From an uncultured delta proteobacterium (GTDB lineage Bacteria; Myxococcota_A; Polyangia; Polyangiales; Polyangiaceae), in NCBI GenBank assembly GCA_963716725.1, contig CAVQUB010000010.1, forward strand, positions 128,001 to 192,000: 64,000 bases of DNA, given 5' to 3'. The position numbers and the translations under genes are program-made. The stretch's first letter is position 1. Each line of letters starts with the position of its first letter. Shown here in pieces: positions 1 to 12,822 of this stretch. The notes beneath the pieces were generated by a model. That model worked only from the letters and a program-made list of their open reading frames with translations, ran no database searches and was not told the DNA's origin.

Positions 1-393
1 GCGCGGAAGATGTCGAGGATCTCGTCTTTGACCCGCGTGATCGGGTGCAGGTGCCCCCGCGGCGCCGGCACGCGGCCGGGCAAGGTCAGGTCGAAGGGGC
101 GCGCGGCAAGATCGGCGTCGCGCAGCGCTCGCAAGATCTGAGCGAGACGCGCGTCGAAGGCCGACTCGACGTCGGCCTTCACGGCGTTGACTTGCTCTCC
201 GATGCTCTTCTTCTGCTCGGCGGGCACTTTGCCCATGAGCTTGAGCAGCTTGGTGAGATCGTCCGTTCTTGCCCAAGACCTCGGCCTTGGCGTTGCGCAG
301 ATCTTGCTCACCCGTGGCGCCCGCGAAGGCTTCCCGAAAACGCTCTCCGAGTGCTCGGAGCCCCGCTTCGATCTCCGCCGCTGCGTCGGACAC
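1..393 (-). CDS. pheS: Phenylalanine--tRNA ligase alpha subunit, 5' part (runs off window; 1-nt frameshift near 262, probable sequencing error)
   Basis: Manual translation gives ...LGKNG/DLTKLLKLMG...FDLTLPGRVPAPRGHLHPITRVKDEILDIF; lies directly downstream of rplT; GTG start at 393. Confidence 0.9.
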   Translation of the reverse strand, partial: MSDAAAEIEAGLRALGERFREAFAGATGEQDLRNAKAEVLGKNGRSHQAAQAHGQSARRAEEEHRRASQRREGRRRVGLRRASRSDLASAARRRSCRAPLRPDLARPRAGAAGAPAPDHAGQRRDPRHLPR

Positions 394-400
394 GAACCGA

Positions 401-757
401 CTACTTGGCGGCGGCGACCGCGAGCTCGGTGAGCTGCTTGAACGAGTTCGGATCGTTCACGGCCATGTCGGCGAGCACCTTGCGATCGAGCTCGATCTCG
501 CTGGTCTTCAGCGCACCCATCAGCTTCGAGTACGTCGTGCCGTTGATGCGGCAGGCGGCGTTGATGCGCGTGATCCACAGGCTGCGGAAGTCGCGCTTCT
601 TGAGCTTGCGGCCTTCGTAGGCGTAGAGCCAGCTGTGCCAGAGCACGTGGAGCGCTTGGCGGAAGCGGTTCTTGCGACCGCCGTGGAAGCCCTCGACCTG
701 CTCGAATACGCGCTTGTGGCGGCGATGAGCGGTGACACCTCGTTTGACGCGGGACAT
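401..757 (-). CDS. rplT: 50S ribosomal protein L20
   Basis: MSRVKRGV...RKLKKRDFRSLWITRINAA...DRKVLADMAV signature. Confidence 0.98.
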   Translation of the reverse strand: MSRVKRGVTAHRRHKRVFEQVEGFHGGRKNRFRQALHVLWHSWLYAYEGRKLKKRDFRSLWITRINAACRINGTTYSKLMGALKTSEIELDRKVLADMAVNDPNSFKQLTELAVAAAK

Positions 758-773
758 CTGACGATTCTCCTCT

Positions 774-971
774 TCAGCCGTAGGGCAACAGGATCTTCAC
801 GCGGCGTTCCATCGCCGGCGACACCATGTCGTTGTCGCGCAGGCGACGACGGCGCTTGCGGGACTTCCCGATCATGTTGTGCTGGGCGCCGCACTTGGAC
901 CGGCGGACGCGGCCCTTGCCGGTGATCTTGAAGCGCTTGGCGGCCGCGCGATTGGTCTTCATCTTCGGCAT
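774..971 (-). CDS. rpmI: 50S ribosomal protein L35
   Basis: MPKMKTNRAAAKRFKITGKG...LLPYG, 65 aa, upstream of rplT. Confidence 0.97.
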   Translation of the reverse strand: MPKMKTNRAAAKRFKITGKGRVRRSKCGAQHNMIGKSRKRRRRLRDNDMVSPAMERRVKILLPYG

Positions 972-1253
972 GACAGTCGACTCCTGCGGGGCCATCCGGG
1001 CCGCCGAGAGCGCGGACTTATGACGGATGGGGGCCCGCCCGTCAAGCGCTCGCAAACCGCTGGGCGCCTGACCAGGGCGTGCCCCGCCCTGCGCAATCGC
1101 CGCGCCGGGCCGGCTGCGCTCCCCCCTGAGGCCGCGGAGCGGCCGATTTGGGGGAAGCTCGCGCGAAGGCGCAGCCGAGCGCGGCGTGGGGGGGCAACCT
1201 CCGCTCGGATTGTGCGGGGTGAGCATCGCCGGCCGAGCATCGGCATCGGCGCC

Positions 1254-2066
1254 TCAGAAGCGCCAGCGCGCGGAGGCCGCGGCGGCGCCGGGGGCGACGC
1301 CGAGACCCAGGTCGAAGCGCCGAGGCTTGCGGGCCTGCACCTCGCTCGCGGGTTTCCCCGTGAAGTAGAGCACCGCTCCCACGCCGACACTGACCACCGC
1401 GACGCCGGTCAGGATGGTGCTGGTGAGCGCCAGGGTCTTGCCGGACGAGAGATTGGAATCGGCGCAGCGCGGCGAGCACTCGTCCTTCGCGTTGTTGTAC
1501 TCGCCGTTGGCGAGCACGCCGGTGATGACCGCGCCCGCGGCGGTGACGCCGCCGATGCCGAGCAGCACGAAGGCCGGCAGATTGCTCTTGGTCTCGACGG
1601 GGCCGGCCTTGTCCCGCGAGCCCGGGGTCGTGCCCGGGGTGGGTCCCGGGGCGGTGCCGCCGGGAACTCCGGTTGGGCCCGGGGTGGTTCCCTTGGCCTG
1701 TTCCGAGAGTCGTTTCTCGAGGTTCGCGACCCGTGCCTCGACCGTCGCGCGCTGTTCGCCGTCGGGCGCGACCTCGAGATACTTCTTGAGTGAAGTGACC
1801 GCCGCGCTCAGATCGCCCTTGCGCTCGTGCACGGTGGCGACGTTGAGCAAGAGATCGGGTCGCTTGCTGAGCTCGTAGGCTTTCTCGAATGCCTTGAGTG
1901 CGTTCTCGTAGTCCGCCTCTTGGAGGTAGGCCACGCCCGACTCGAAGTGTCGACGGGCGAGTTCGTCAGGGCTGTCTTGGCCGATCGCCGTGCCGCTCTG
2001 GCTCGCGATCGCGATCGCGACGAGCGTCGCCATGACCCGCGCGTGGTGGCGCTTCCCTCCGTGCAT
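1254..2066 (-). CDS. Secreted TPR protein with Gly-rich hydrophobic C-terminal segments (TPR-PEGA-like family)
   Basis: Signal peptide, TPR helices (ARRHFESGVAY...AFEKAYEL), PGT-rich linker, two hydrophobic segments, ends WRF. Confidence 0.75.
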   Translation of the reverse strand: MHGGKRHHARVMATLVAIAIASQSGTAIGQDSPDELARRHFESGVAYLQEADYENALKAFEKAYELSKRPDLLLNVATVHERKGDLSAAVTSLKKYLEVAPDGEQRATVEARVANLEKRLSEQAKGTTPGPTGVPGGTAPGPTPGTTPGSRDKAGPVETKSNLPAFVLLGIGGVTAAGAVITGVLANGEYNNAKDECSPRCADSNLSSGKTLALTSTILTGVAVVSVGVGAVLYFTGKPASEVQARKPRRFDLGLGVAPGAAAASARWRF

Positions 2067-2174
2067 TTCGGCAGCTTAGCGCGGCTCGCGTCCCGGACAA
2101 ACTCCTGCGATCGCGCCGCCGGGACCAAGCGGCTTCTCGCCGGACCGCGCCTGGGATAGACGCCGTGCCCACCG

Positions 2175-5100
2175 ATGCCCAAGCGCGACGACATCGAAAA
2201 GATCCTGCTCATCGGCTCCGGACCCATCGTCATCGGGCAGGCGTGCGAGTTCGACTACTCCGGCACCCAGGGCGCGAAGGCGCTGACCGGGCTCGGATAC
2301 GACGTGGTCTTGGTCAACTCGAATCCCGCGACCATCATGACCGACCCCGAGCTGGTGCGGCGGACCTACATCGAGCCCATCGAGCTCGATACGCTGACCG
2401 CCATCATCGAGCGCGAGCGGCCCGACGCGCTCCTGCCCACCCTCGGCGGGCAGACGGCGCTGAACGCGGCCATCGAGCTGCACGAGCGCGGCGTCTTGTC
2501 GCGCAACGGCGTCCAGCTCATCGGCGCGCAGATCGATGCCATCCGCAAGGCGGAAGATCGCCAGCTCTTCAAAGAAGCGATGGAGCGCATCGGTCTGGAG
2601 TGTCCGCGTTCGGCCCACGTGGGCAGCGTGGACGAGGCCCGGGAGTTCGCCAAACTGGCGGGCTACCCCGTGATCCTCCGGCCCAGCTTCACCATGGGCG
2701 GGTCCGGCGGCGCCATCGTGCGCGACGCGAGCGAGATCGACGCGAAGGTCGGCTGGGCGCTCTTGCAGTCGCCCACTCACCAGGTGCTCGTCGAAGAGAG
2801 CGTGCTCGGTTGGAAAGAGTACGAACTCGAGGTGATTCGCGACAAGAACGACAACTTCATCGTGGTGTGCACCATCGAGAACCTCGATCCGATGGGGATC
2901 CACACCGGCGACTCGATCACCGTCGCGCCCGCCATGACCCTGACCGACCGCGAGTATCAGCGCCTGCGCGACGCGGCGCGGGCCGTCATGCACGAGATCG
3001 GAGTGGAGACCGGCGGCTCCAACGTGCAGTTCGCTGTGGATCCCAAGACCGGCCGGGTGTTGGTCATCGAGATGAATCCCCGCGTCTCGCGTTCGAGCGC
3101 GCTGGCGTCCAAGGCGACTGGCTACCCGATCGCCAAGATCGCCGCGAAGCTCGCGGTGGGCCTGACCTTGGATGAGCTCGAGAACGACATCACGGGCACC
3201 AGCGCCGCCTTCGAGCCGACCATCGACTACGTGGTGGTCAAGTGGCCGCGCTTCGCCTTCGAGAAGTTCCCGGGTTCGGACAACCGACTCGGTACCCAGA
3301 TGAAGAGCGTCGGCGAGGCGATGAGCATCGGCCGAACCTTCTGCGAGGCGCTCCAGAAGGCCGCACGCTCGCTAGAGACCGGCAAGGCCGGGCTGACCGG
3401 GCTGGTGGGGCTCGTCGACTACCGTGCGCTGCTCGAAGATCCCACTGCCGCCCGGGATCTCGTCCACGAGGCGCCGCCCATGGCCAAACCCCGGGCCAGC
3501 ACACCGCCGCCGATGGACGAGATCGTTGCGCTGCTCGAACGGGTGGTGGTGGAGCCGACCGCGGACCGACTCTTTCATGTCGTGGACGCCATCCGACACG
3601 GCATCACTCTCGCGCGGCTCCACGAGCTGACCGCCATCGACCCCTGGTTCTTGGAACAGCTCGGCCGAATCGTCGCCCACGAGCGTGTGCTGGTAGAGGC
3701 GCCCGGGCTCTCTGGAGAACTCTTGCGCGACAGCAAGCGCTTGGGGTTCTCCGACCTGCAGATCGCTCGCCTGCGTGGCCTACGAGAAGAGGAGGTGCGC
3801 GAGGCCCGTACGGCCGCCGGTGTGCACGCCGTCTACGGTCGAGTGGACACCTGCGCAGCCGAGTTCGTGGCGCGCACGCCCTATCTGTACTCGACCTGGG
3901 AGAGCGAGAGCGAATCCGAGGTCACCGACAAGAAGAAGGTGATCATCCTGGGCGGCGGTCCCAACCGCATCGGGCAGGGCATCGAGTTCGACTACTGCTG
4001 CTGCCACGCGGTCTTCGCGCTGCGCGAACTTGGCATCGAGACCGTGATGGTCAACTGCAACCCCGAGACGGTCTCCACCGACTACGACACCAGCGATCGA
4101 CTCTACTTCGAGCCGCTGACCCTGGAAGACGTCCTGGGGATCTGCCGCGAGGAATCCCAGAACGGCGAACTGCTCGGAGTCATCGTGCAGTTCGGCGGAC
4201 AGACTCCGCTGAAGCTCGCGGTGCCCTTGGAGACCGCCGGCGTTCGCTTGCTCGGGACCAGCGCCGACGCCATCGACCGCGCCGAAGACCGCGAGCGCTT
4301 TGATGCGCTCTTGTCGAAGCTGGGCCTCGAGCGGCCGCGGGCCGGCATCGCCAAAGGCGCCGGCGAGGCCCAGCGCATCGCTGCGGACGTTGGCTATCCG
4401 GTCCTGGTGCGACCCTCGTACGTGCTCGGCGGCCGCGCCATGATGATCTGCTGGGACGAGGCCGAACTCGAAGCCTACGTGGAGATCGCCATCGAGGCTG
4501 CGCGCGACGAGGGAGCGTCGCCGACACTGCTCATCGACCAGTTCTTGAAGAACGCCATCGAGGTGGACGTGGATTGCGTCTGCGACGGTCGTCGAGCGGT
4601 GATCGGCGGCGTGATGCAGCACATCGAAGCGGCCGGAGTACACTCCGGTGACTCCACCAGCGTATTGCCGCCCTTCAGTCTGGCGCCGGCGGTGGTGGCC
4701 GAGATCGAACAGAGCACGCGCGCGCTGGCCCTCGAGCTGGGCGTGGTCGGGCTGATGAACGTGCAGTTCGCGGTGAAGGACGGCTCGGTCTACGTGCTCG
4801 AGGTCAACCCCCGGGCGTCGCGCACGGTCCCCTTCGTGTCCAAGTCCACCGGGCGCCCGCTGGCGAAGATCGCCGCCAAGGTCATGGTCGGCAAGACGCT
4901 CGACGAGCTCGGCGTGAAAGACGAGCCCGTCCCCACTCACGTGGCGGTCAAAGAGAGCGTATTCCCCTTCGCCAAATTCCCGGGCGTGGACACCATCTTC
5001 GGTCCCGAGATGCGCTCCACCGGGGAGGTGATGGGCATCTCGGTGAGCTTGCCGCTGGCTTTCGGCAAGTCCATGGCGGCAAGCGGATACAGCTTGCCCG

Positions 5101-5531
5101 ATCACGGTCGGGCATTCATCAGCGTGCAGGACGACGACAAGGCCGCCGCCTGCGACGTTGCCCGTCGACTCCGCAACATCGGGTTCTCCGTCGTTGCCAC
5201 GGGAGGCACTGCGCAGGCGCTGGAGAGCGCGCGGATCCCCGTCGACCGCATCAACAAGGTGCTCGATGGATCGCCGCACGTCGTGGACGCCATCGAGGCC
5301 GGGACCATTCAGCTCGTGGTCAACACCACCCAGGGCGCCAAAGCGATCCGCGACAGCTACTCGATCAGGCGCACCACGCTCTTGGCGAACATCCCCTACT
5401 TCACGACGCTGAGCGCGGCGCGGGCGGCGGTGGACGCCCTCGAGGTGCGATTCGTGGCCGGGCGGAACATCAGCGCCGTGCGCAGCCTGCAAGAGTGGCA
5501 TCAGCGATCACGGCGGGCGACCTCCGCCTGA
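2175..5531 (+). CDS. carB: Carbamoyl-phosphate synthase large subunit
   Basis: [30 protein letters not shown], two ATP-grasp halves, C-terminal MGS-like domain. Confidence 0.98.
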   Translation: MPKRDDIEKILLIGSGPIVIGQACEFDYSGTQGAKALTGLGYDVVLVNSNPATIMTDPELVRRTYIEPIELDTLTAIIERERPDALLPTLGGQTALNAAIELHERGVLSRNGVQLIGAQIDAIRKAEDRQLFKEAMERIGLECPRSAHVGSVDEAREFAKLAGYPVILRPSFTMGGSGGAIVRDASEIDAKVGWALLQSPTHQVLVEESVLGWKEYELEVIRDKNDNFIVVCTIENLDPMGIHTGDSITVAPAMTLTDREYQRLRDAARAVMHEIGVETGGSNVQFAVDPKTGRVLVIEMNPRVSRSSALASKATGYPIAKIAAKLAVGLTLDELENDITGTSAAFEPTIDYVVVKWPRFAFEKFPGSDNRLGTQMKSVGEAMSIGRTFCEALQKAARSLETGKAGLTGLVGLVDYRALLEDPTAARDLVHEAPPMAKPRASTPPPMDEIVALLERVVVEPTADRLFHVVDAIRHGITLARLHELTAIDPWFLEQLGRIVAHERVLVEAPGLSGELLRDSKRLGFSDLQIARLRGLREEEVREARTAAGVHAVYGRVDTCAAEFVARTPYLYSTWESESESEVTDKKKVIILGGGPNRIGQGIEFDYCCCHAVFALRELGIETVMVNCNPETVSTDYDTSDRLYFEPLTLEDVLGICREESQNGELLGVIVQFGGQTPLKLAVPLETAGVRLLGTSADAIDRAEDRERFDALLSKLGLERPRAGIAKGAGEAQRIAADVGYPVLVRPSYVLGGRAMMICWDEAELEAYVEIAIEAARDEGASPTLLIDQFLKNAIEVDVDCVCDGRRAVIGGVMQHIEAAGVHSGDSTSVLPPFSLAPAVVAEIEQSTRALALELGVVGLMNVQFAVKDGSVYVLEVNPRASRTVPFVSKSTGRPLAKIAAKVMVGKTLDELGVKDEPVPTHVAVKESVFPFAKFPGVDTIFGPEMRSTGEVMGISVSLPLAFGKSMAASGYSLPDHGRAFISVQDDDKAAACDVARRLRNIGFSVVATGGTAQALESARIPVDRINKVLDGSPHVVDAIEAGTIQLVVNTTQGAKAIRDSYSIRRTTLLANIPYFTTLSAARAAVDALEVRFVAGRNISAVRSLQEWHQRSRRATSA

Positions 5532-5600
5532 ATTCGTGGCCATCCTGAACGTCCGTCCGGGAAAGTCGCCCGAGTCGGTCCGATGAGCTAGGGTCGATCC

Positions 5601-6095
5601 GTGAGGCGGCGCTACCCGCTCGAGGCACTGAAAGCGGTCCGGCAGAGCGCCGTCGACGCCCAGGTGCGCGAGGTGGCCGAGCGCGCTGCAGGTACCGCCG
5701 AGGCCCGTGCCGAGGAGGAGCGCGCCCGGCGCCGTCGGCAGGCCGAGGAAGAGCGGGCTCGCGGGAGCCGCAACGCCGAGAGCACGCGGGTCGATCTGGG
5801 GGAGGCCCGCGTTGCCGATCTCCAAGCTCAAGCGACCTGGGAGCTGGCCGAGCAAGACCGCATCGAGGCACTGCAGCGACGCGAGCGCGCCATCGCAGAG
5901 ACCGCCCACGTCGCCGCTGGACTCGAGCAGTCGGCCCGCGCCGATTTGGCCCGCGCCCAGGCCGAGGTGAAGGCGGTCGAACGCCATCGGGAGCGGTGGA
6001 GCAGCGAGGGGGAACGCGCCGCAGAGCTCGAAACCGAGGACGCCGCCCAGGACGTATGGGCCGCGCGCCGCGCCGGATCGGGGAGGCGTGCGTGA
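5601..6095 (+). CDS. Coiled-coil protein, FliJ/SctO-like
   Basis: 164 aa, all-helical and charged, N-terminal RYPLEALKAVR; stop overlaps next start (GTGA). Confidence 0.5.
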   Translation: MRRRYPLEALKAVRQSAVDAQVREVAERAAGTAEARAEEERARRRRQAEEERARGSRNAESTRVDLGEARVADLQAQATWELAEQDRIEALQRRERAIAETAHVAAGLEQSARADLARAQAEVKAVERHRERWSSEGERAAELETEDAAQDVWAARRAGSGRRA

Positions 6096-8485
6096 GGCTG
6101 CAATCGGCGCTCGGCGCGGCGGCGCTCTGGGCCTGCTCCGCTCAACAGACGCCCACGGGCTCCCACGGCGTGCAGACCCCAATCGGAGCCGACGGCGGCG
6201 TCGCGCTCTCGAAGGCGGCGCCGGTGGTGATCAAGGACGAGATCTCGATCGCGGAGTTCCAGCCATTGCTCGCTGAGCCAATTCTGGCCAGAGCGCAGAA
6301 GCACATCGACGATGGCAACCACGCGGCCGCGGCTCGCGAGGTCGAAACGCAGATGGGCAAGGTCGAGTCCACGCCTCGAAACGTCGCGCGCTTCCAGATG
6401 TTGCTCGGGCGGCTTCGCGAGATCTCCGGTGACCTGCGGGGCGCGCACGCTTCCTACGAGTTGGCCGCCGCCGAGCGATGGCCCCTCGCGGGATACGCGA
6501 CCTTGGCGGCGGGACGCGTCCTGCTTCGCTCCGGCAAGACCGAGCAAGCCATTGGCGTCCTCGAGCGAGCGCCCAAGGATCAGCCCATCGCCCGGGACGC
6601 CCGCCTGCTCTTGGCCGAAGCGGCGCTCAAGGCCGGCAAGACCGAGATCGTCATCGACGCCTGGCGCGCGCACATCGGGGAGAGGCCCGCCGAGGCCAAC
6701 GACTACGCGCTGCGGCTCGCGGCGCTGCTGCTCGATCGCGCAGGCGCGAAGACCGACGACGCGTCGCTCTCGGACCAGCGCGAAGCGCTGGGTCTAGCCC
6801 GGCGCGTGGCTGCTGAAAACGTCGCCCGGACCACGATCTTGGACCGCGCTCGCAAAGTCGAGAAGCGCGCCCTCGAGGCCCTGCCCCGCGTCGAACAGAA
6901 GCGCTTGGCGCGCCCCACCGCCGAAGAAGAGCTGCTGCGGGTGAAGGCGCTGGTCGAAGCCAAGCTCGAGGCCGACGCCGAGAAGAGCGCCGACGCGCTC
7001 ATCGCTTCGCTCGGCAAGGCAGAGCGCTGGAACGCCACGGGGTGCGAAGCGTCGTTCTGGCGCGCAAAGGCGATTTCGCTCAAGCGCGAGTCGGCGCGCG
7101 CCGCCGAGGCCTTTGACGCCGTGGTCGAGCATTGCAAGGCCGATGATGATCTGCTTGCGCGCTCGCTGTACTTGGCCGGGAAGCACGCTGCGGCCGACGG
7201 CAAGAAGATGCAGGCCGCGCAGCGCTACGGCGAGCTCGAGAAGCTCCTTCCGAAACACCGCCTCGCCGACGACGCGCGCATGGGCGCGGCGCTGGCCTAT
7301 TTCGATCTTGGCATCGAAGCGCGCTTCACCGAACTCTTGTCCACCATCATGGAGGACTACCCCGAGGGCGACATCGTGCTCGACGCGGTGTTCCGCCTCG
7401 CGCTGCGCCGCATCGAGAAGGGCGACTGGCCTGGAGCGGCCAACGTGCTCGGCAAGGTGGCCGCCACCATCGCCAAGAACGACAGCGCCCGCGGCACGGA
7501 GCACAGCGGACGCGAGCGCTACTTCTTGGCGCGCGCTTGGATCGAGAGCGGGGACGCCGAGCGTGGCTACGCGGAGCTCGAGGCCATCGTCCGGGAGCTG
7601 CCGCTCTCCTATTACATGCTGCATGCGTGGTCGCGTCTGGTCGAAAAGGACCCGTTTCGAGCCAAAAACGTGCTGGAGGAGGCCGAGAAGAAGGCCGCCA
7701 CGCAGCCCTTCGCTTTCGAGCACCAGCCGGAGTTCGACAGCCCCGGATTCGCGCGGGCCATGGAACTCTTGCGGCAGGGCGAGCTGGAATTCGCGCGGCG
7801 CGAGATCGAGAGCTTGGGCATCGCCAAGCCCGGAGCGACACCCCGTCTCCTGTGGGGGATCTCGCTGCTCTACGCCCGGGCGGGGTCCGCACGCGACGCC
7901 CACGTCATCGCCCGCGGCATGCTCACGGATTGGCTCGGTCGCTGGCCCGCTGGGGACTGGGCCAAGGCTTGGCAACTCGCTTACCCCAGACCTTATCGCA
8001 ACATCGTGCAGCGCGAGACCAAGAAGAACCTGGTCCCCGAGTCGCTGGTCTATGCCGTGATGCGCGAGGAGAGCGCCTTTGAACCCAGCGCCGAGAGTCA
8101 CGCCGCTGCCTACGGCCTGATGCAGCTGATCGTGCCGACGGCGAAGATCCTGGCCAAGCCGTTGGGGTTGCCGTCGGACGCGTCGAGCCTGAAGCAGCCG
8201 ACCGTGAACATTGCGCTCGGCACCCGGGGTCTCGCCGAGCTCGAGAAGACCTTCTCCCAGAACCCGCTCCTCGCCATTCCGGGCTACAACGCGGGCCCCA
8301 ATCGGCCCCGGCGCTGGCTCCGCGAGCGGCCCCGCGTGGACTTCGATGTCTGGGTCGAGATGATCCCGATCACCGAGACGCGCCGGTACACGAAGCGGGT
8401 TCTGGCAAGTCGCGCGGCTTACGCCTATCTGTACGAGAGGGAGCGCTCTGCCGAGTCCATGGCGCTGCCGGTGCGAATGGAATGA
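6092..8485 (+). CDS. Soluble lytic transglycosylase (Slt-like) lipoprotein with TPR-like superhelix
   Basis: Lipobox LWAC; SLT motifs REESAF, GLMQL, YNAGP, ETRRY. Confidence 0.9.
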   Translation: MRLQSALGAAALWACSAQQTPTGSHGVQTPIGADGGVALSKAAPVVIKDEISIAEFQPLLAEPILARAQKHIDDGNHAAAAREVETQMGKVESTPRNVARFQMLLGRLREISGDLRGAHASYELAAAERWPLAGYATLAAGRVLLRSGKTEQAIGVLERAPKDQPIARDARLLLAEAALKAGKTEIVIDAWRAHIGERPAEANDYALRLAALLLDRAGAKTDDASLSDQREALGLARRVAAENVARTTILDRARKVEKRALEALPRVEQKRLARPTAEEELLRVKALVEAKLEADAEKSADALIASLGKAERWNATGCEASFWRAKAISLKRESARAAEAFDAVVEHCKADDDLLARSLYLAGKHAAADGKKMQAAQRYGELEKLLPKHRLADDARMGAALAYFDLGIEARFTELLSTIMEDYPEGDIVLDAVFRLALRRIEKGDWPGAANVLGKVAATIAKNDSARGTEHSGRERYFLARAWIESGDAERGYAELEAIVRELPLSYYMLHAWSRLVEKDPFRAKNVLEEAEKKAATQPFAFEHQPEFDSPGFARAMELLRQGELEFARREIESLGIAKPGATPRLLWGISLLYARAGSARDAHVIARGMLTDWLGRWPAGDWAKAWQLAYPRPYRNIVQRETKKNLVPESLVYAVMREESAFEPSAESHAAAYGLMQLIVPTAKILAKPLGLPSDASSLKQPTVNIALGTRGLAELEKTFSQNPLLAIPGYNAGPNRPRRWLRERPRVDFDVWVEMIPITETRRYTKRVLASRAAYAYLYERERSAESMALPVRME

Positions 8486-8555
8486 GCGACGCCGCCATTC
8501 GTGGCCAGCGCCGGCCGGGCGCGGTAGGCTTCGAAGCGCTCGAGAGGGTTTGAGG

Positions 8556-10124
<1,569 letters not shown>

Positions 10125-10125
10125 A

Positions 10126-12822
10126 ATGGAGCGATTCGCGAGGTGGCTGGGCCTGCTGGGCGCCGCAGTGGTGTGTTGGGGTTGCACCGACTTGGACGAC
10201 ATCCGGGCCGATGTTTGCGGCAACGGCGTGGTCGACAGCAAGGAGGACTGCGACGGCAGTCCGGGCTGTAACCCGGCTGGAAAGGCCGGGGCCTGCCGGT
10301 TTTCGTGCGAAACTGCCGCCGAATGCCCAGCAGGGTGGCAATGTGGGTCGGACGCCATCTGCCGCGAGCCCACCGGCGAGTTCGAGTCGTTCGTCTCGCT
10401 GCCCACCGCCGACCAGCTGGAGGTCGCGGTGGGTGAGCTCAACGGGTCGCGCCCGGCGGATCTCGTCAGCGTCGGTCCGACTGGAGAGATCACGGTTCGA
10501 TACGGAGGAGGCAGCCTGAGTGACACCGCGACCTTCAGGTCTCGACCGATCTTGCCTGCCATCGGCAAGCTCAGCGAAGACCAGACCGACGACATTGCGC
10601 ACGTGGCGGGGCGCGCGCTCGGTGTGCTCTTGGGCACTTCGCCGAAGGGATTGCGGCCCCTGGCGTACGCTCCCTTCGCCATCGACGACACCGAGGCGCG
10701 CTTCCTAATCACCGAGGGCCGCCGCTCGGATGGCCCCAAGGACTTCATCCACCAGCTCGACGAGATCATCGAGCTGTCGAAGTCCGACATCATCGACGCG
10801 CTCGATCCGGCTCGGCCGATCATCGCCAAGATGCCTTTCGATGTTTCCCTGTTGACTCCGACCGGTATCGACCAGCAGGTGCCCGCGGGAAATATCGACT
10901 CGAGGCCCGAATCCCCCTGCAGCGAGCTCGTGCTCGCCGCGGCTGGAGCGTCAGAGGTCATCGTCTACTCTCTCTGTAAGGGTGCCGGCTACAAGTGGAA
11001 CGACGAGATGGCCTTGGCGCCAAGGGTCAAGCTCCCAGGGGGTGCAAAGGTGTCGCTCGGTGCGGTGCTGGCCGACATCGACGGTGACCAGCGCCTCGAT
11101 CTGTTGATCCTCGGGCCGCTGGCTCCGAAGTCGGAGGCCCCGCCGGGCTACTCGACATTCGTCGCCTTCGGAGCGGGTGACGGCACGTTCAACAGCACCG
11201 TGAACCCGGTGCCCGGCGCGGTCGACCACACTGCGACGCTGTTGGACGTCGAAGCGGCAGCGCTCCCCCTCGCGGCCGGAGATCTGAACCACGACGGCCG
11301 TGCAGACTTCGTCTTTCCCAACACCATCATCTGGAGCAAGAAGCCGTGTTTTAGCCTCTCCAAGAGCTGTTATGACCTCTGGGAGCACTACTTCGACCTG
11401 AAGCAGGCGCGGATAGCCGATCTCAACGGCAACCAAATCAACGACCTGGTGGCCATCGTCGAGGAGTCGCGAACCCTCTATTTCTTCAACGGAAACGGCA
11501 CGAACCTGCCGACCTTGTACGAGATCCCCGTCGAGGGCGAACCCACCGGTCTCGGTATCGGTGACTTCGACGGTGACTTGGTGAACGACGTGGCCGTCGC
11601 GCAGCGCGTGGGCAGCGTGCTTGGGGTCGAAACCGGAACCAATGGAGACTCCATCGTAGCGGGCGGGGGAGGGAACGTGTTCACGGTTGGGTTCGGCAAC
11701 CTGCAGGGAGCGCCGAGCGCCCCCCAGCGCATGGGTGAGCTTGGGCGAATCGATGCCATGGCGACGGGTCACCTCGCGATTCGAGGGCTCGATCTGATGA
11801 GTGACGTCGGAGTGCTCGGACTCGACCAAGCCGGCGTCCCCTCGGTCGCCATTTTCACTGGAGCCAGCAACCGGCAGCTCCAGTCCCCCTTCGAGCTGGC
11901 GGTCGAAGGCGAGGTCCCCGACACTCCGACCGCGATCCAGCTCGGGCGCTTCGACGCCGACGGCTCGCAGCGCGACATCGCCGTGATCGGCGTCAACCAA
12001 AAGCAGAGGCGACTCTGGCTCGTGCCCACGACCGGCGACGCCGCGCTCTCGGTGAACACGACGACCTCCACGGCGCTGCCCGCCGAGTTCGATCCCTGCG
12101 GCTCCTTCCTCGTGCCCATCGACGTCGGCGGAGGCCAGGACGACCTCTACCTCGTGGGGCGCGCGAAGCCACCGCAGTCCGGGACCCAGATCCTCGTCGC
12201 GAAGGCGGGCTCGGGGAAGTGGGAGATTGGCGCGCCGGTAATCCTGGACGACCTCATGATTGTCCCGCACTTCATTCGCTACATCTTCTGCCGCGACACC
12301 GTTCTCGATTTCGACCTGCCGGACATTAGCGAGATCTTGGAGTCGAAAGTGACACACTTCGGTGACGTCGAGGTGGCAGACCTCGATGGCGAGGGGCCCC
12401 GGGAGCTCGTCTTGCTTTCGTTCGAGGCGACTGAGTCCGAGGCAGCCCCCTTTGCAGCCAAGCTGGTGGTGCTCCGCGGTGGCAACCTCGACGCTGCGTC
12501 GCGCATCGACATCGCCTTGCCCGCCGATCGGCATCCGTTCTCGTTCGCGATCCTCAACGCCGACGGCGATCCGGAGCCGGAGATCGCCTATGTTTCACCG
12601 CAAGGCATCTACGTCGCGGACCTCGATCTCGAGGCCCGCACGCTCACCGACTTGACCACCGTGATGGACGTAGCAAGTGCGCAGGGCGGGGCTTCGTCCT
12701 TCGGCGACAGCGCGCCGCTCAACATGGTGTCGGGCGACTTCAACGGTGACGGCATCGCGGACATCGCCATGGCCTATCAGCTGTCCACGGACGTCTACTT
12801 CGGGAAGGCGGTGAACCCATGA
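10126..12822 (+). CDS. FG-GAP/VCBS-repeat lipoprotein
   Basis: Lipobox-like CWGC, Cys-rich N-terminus, repeated GDLNxDGxxD / GDFDGDxxxD motifs. Confidence 0.82.
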   Translation: MERFARWLGLLGAAVVCWGCTDLDDIRADVCGNGVVDSKEDCDGSPGCNPAGKAGACRFSCETAAECPAGWQCGSDAICREPTGEFESFVSLPTADQLEVAVGELNGSRPADLVSVGPTGEITVRYGGGSLSDTATFRSRPILPAIGKLSEDQTDDIAHVAGRALGVLLGTSPKGLRPLAYAPFAIDDTEARFLITEGRRSDGPKDFIHQLDEIIELSKSDIIDALDPARPIIAKMPFDVSLLTPTGIDQQVPAGNIDSRPESPCSELVLAAAGASEVIVYSLCKGAGYKWNDEMALAPRVKLPGGAKVSLGAVLADIDGDQRLDLLILGPLAPKSEAPPGYSTFVAFGAGDGTFNSTVNPVPGAVDHTATLLDVEAAALPLAAGDLNHDGRADFVFPNTIIWSKKPCFSLSKSCYDLWEHYFDLKQARIADLNGNQINDLVAIVEESRTLYFFNGNGTNLPTLYEIPVEGEPTGLGIGDFDGDLVNDVAVAQRVGSVLGVETGTNGDSIVAGGGGNVFTVGFGNLQGAPSAPQRMGELGRIDAMATGHLAIRGLDLMSDVGVLGLDQAGVPSVAIFTGASNRQLQSPFELAVEGEVPDTPTAIQLGRFDADGSQRDIAVIGVNQKQRRLWLVPTTGDAALSVNTTTSTALPAEFDPCGSFLVPIDVGGGQDDLYLVGRAKPPQSGTQILVAKAGSGKWEIGAPVILDDLMIVPHFIRYIFCRDTVLDFDLPDISEILESKVTHFGDVEVADLDGEGPRELVLLSFEATESEAAPFAAKLVVLRGGNLDAASRIDIALPADRHPFSFAILNADGDPEPEIAYVSPQGIYVADLDLEARTLTDLTTVMDVASAQGGASSFGDSAPLNMVSGDFNGDGIADIAMAYQLSTDVYFGKAVNP

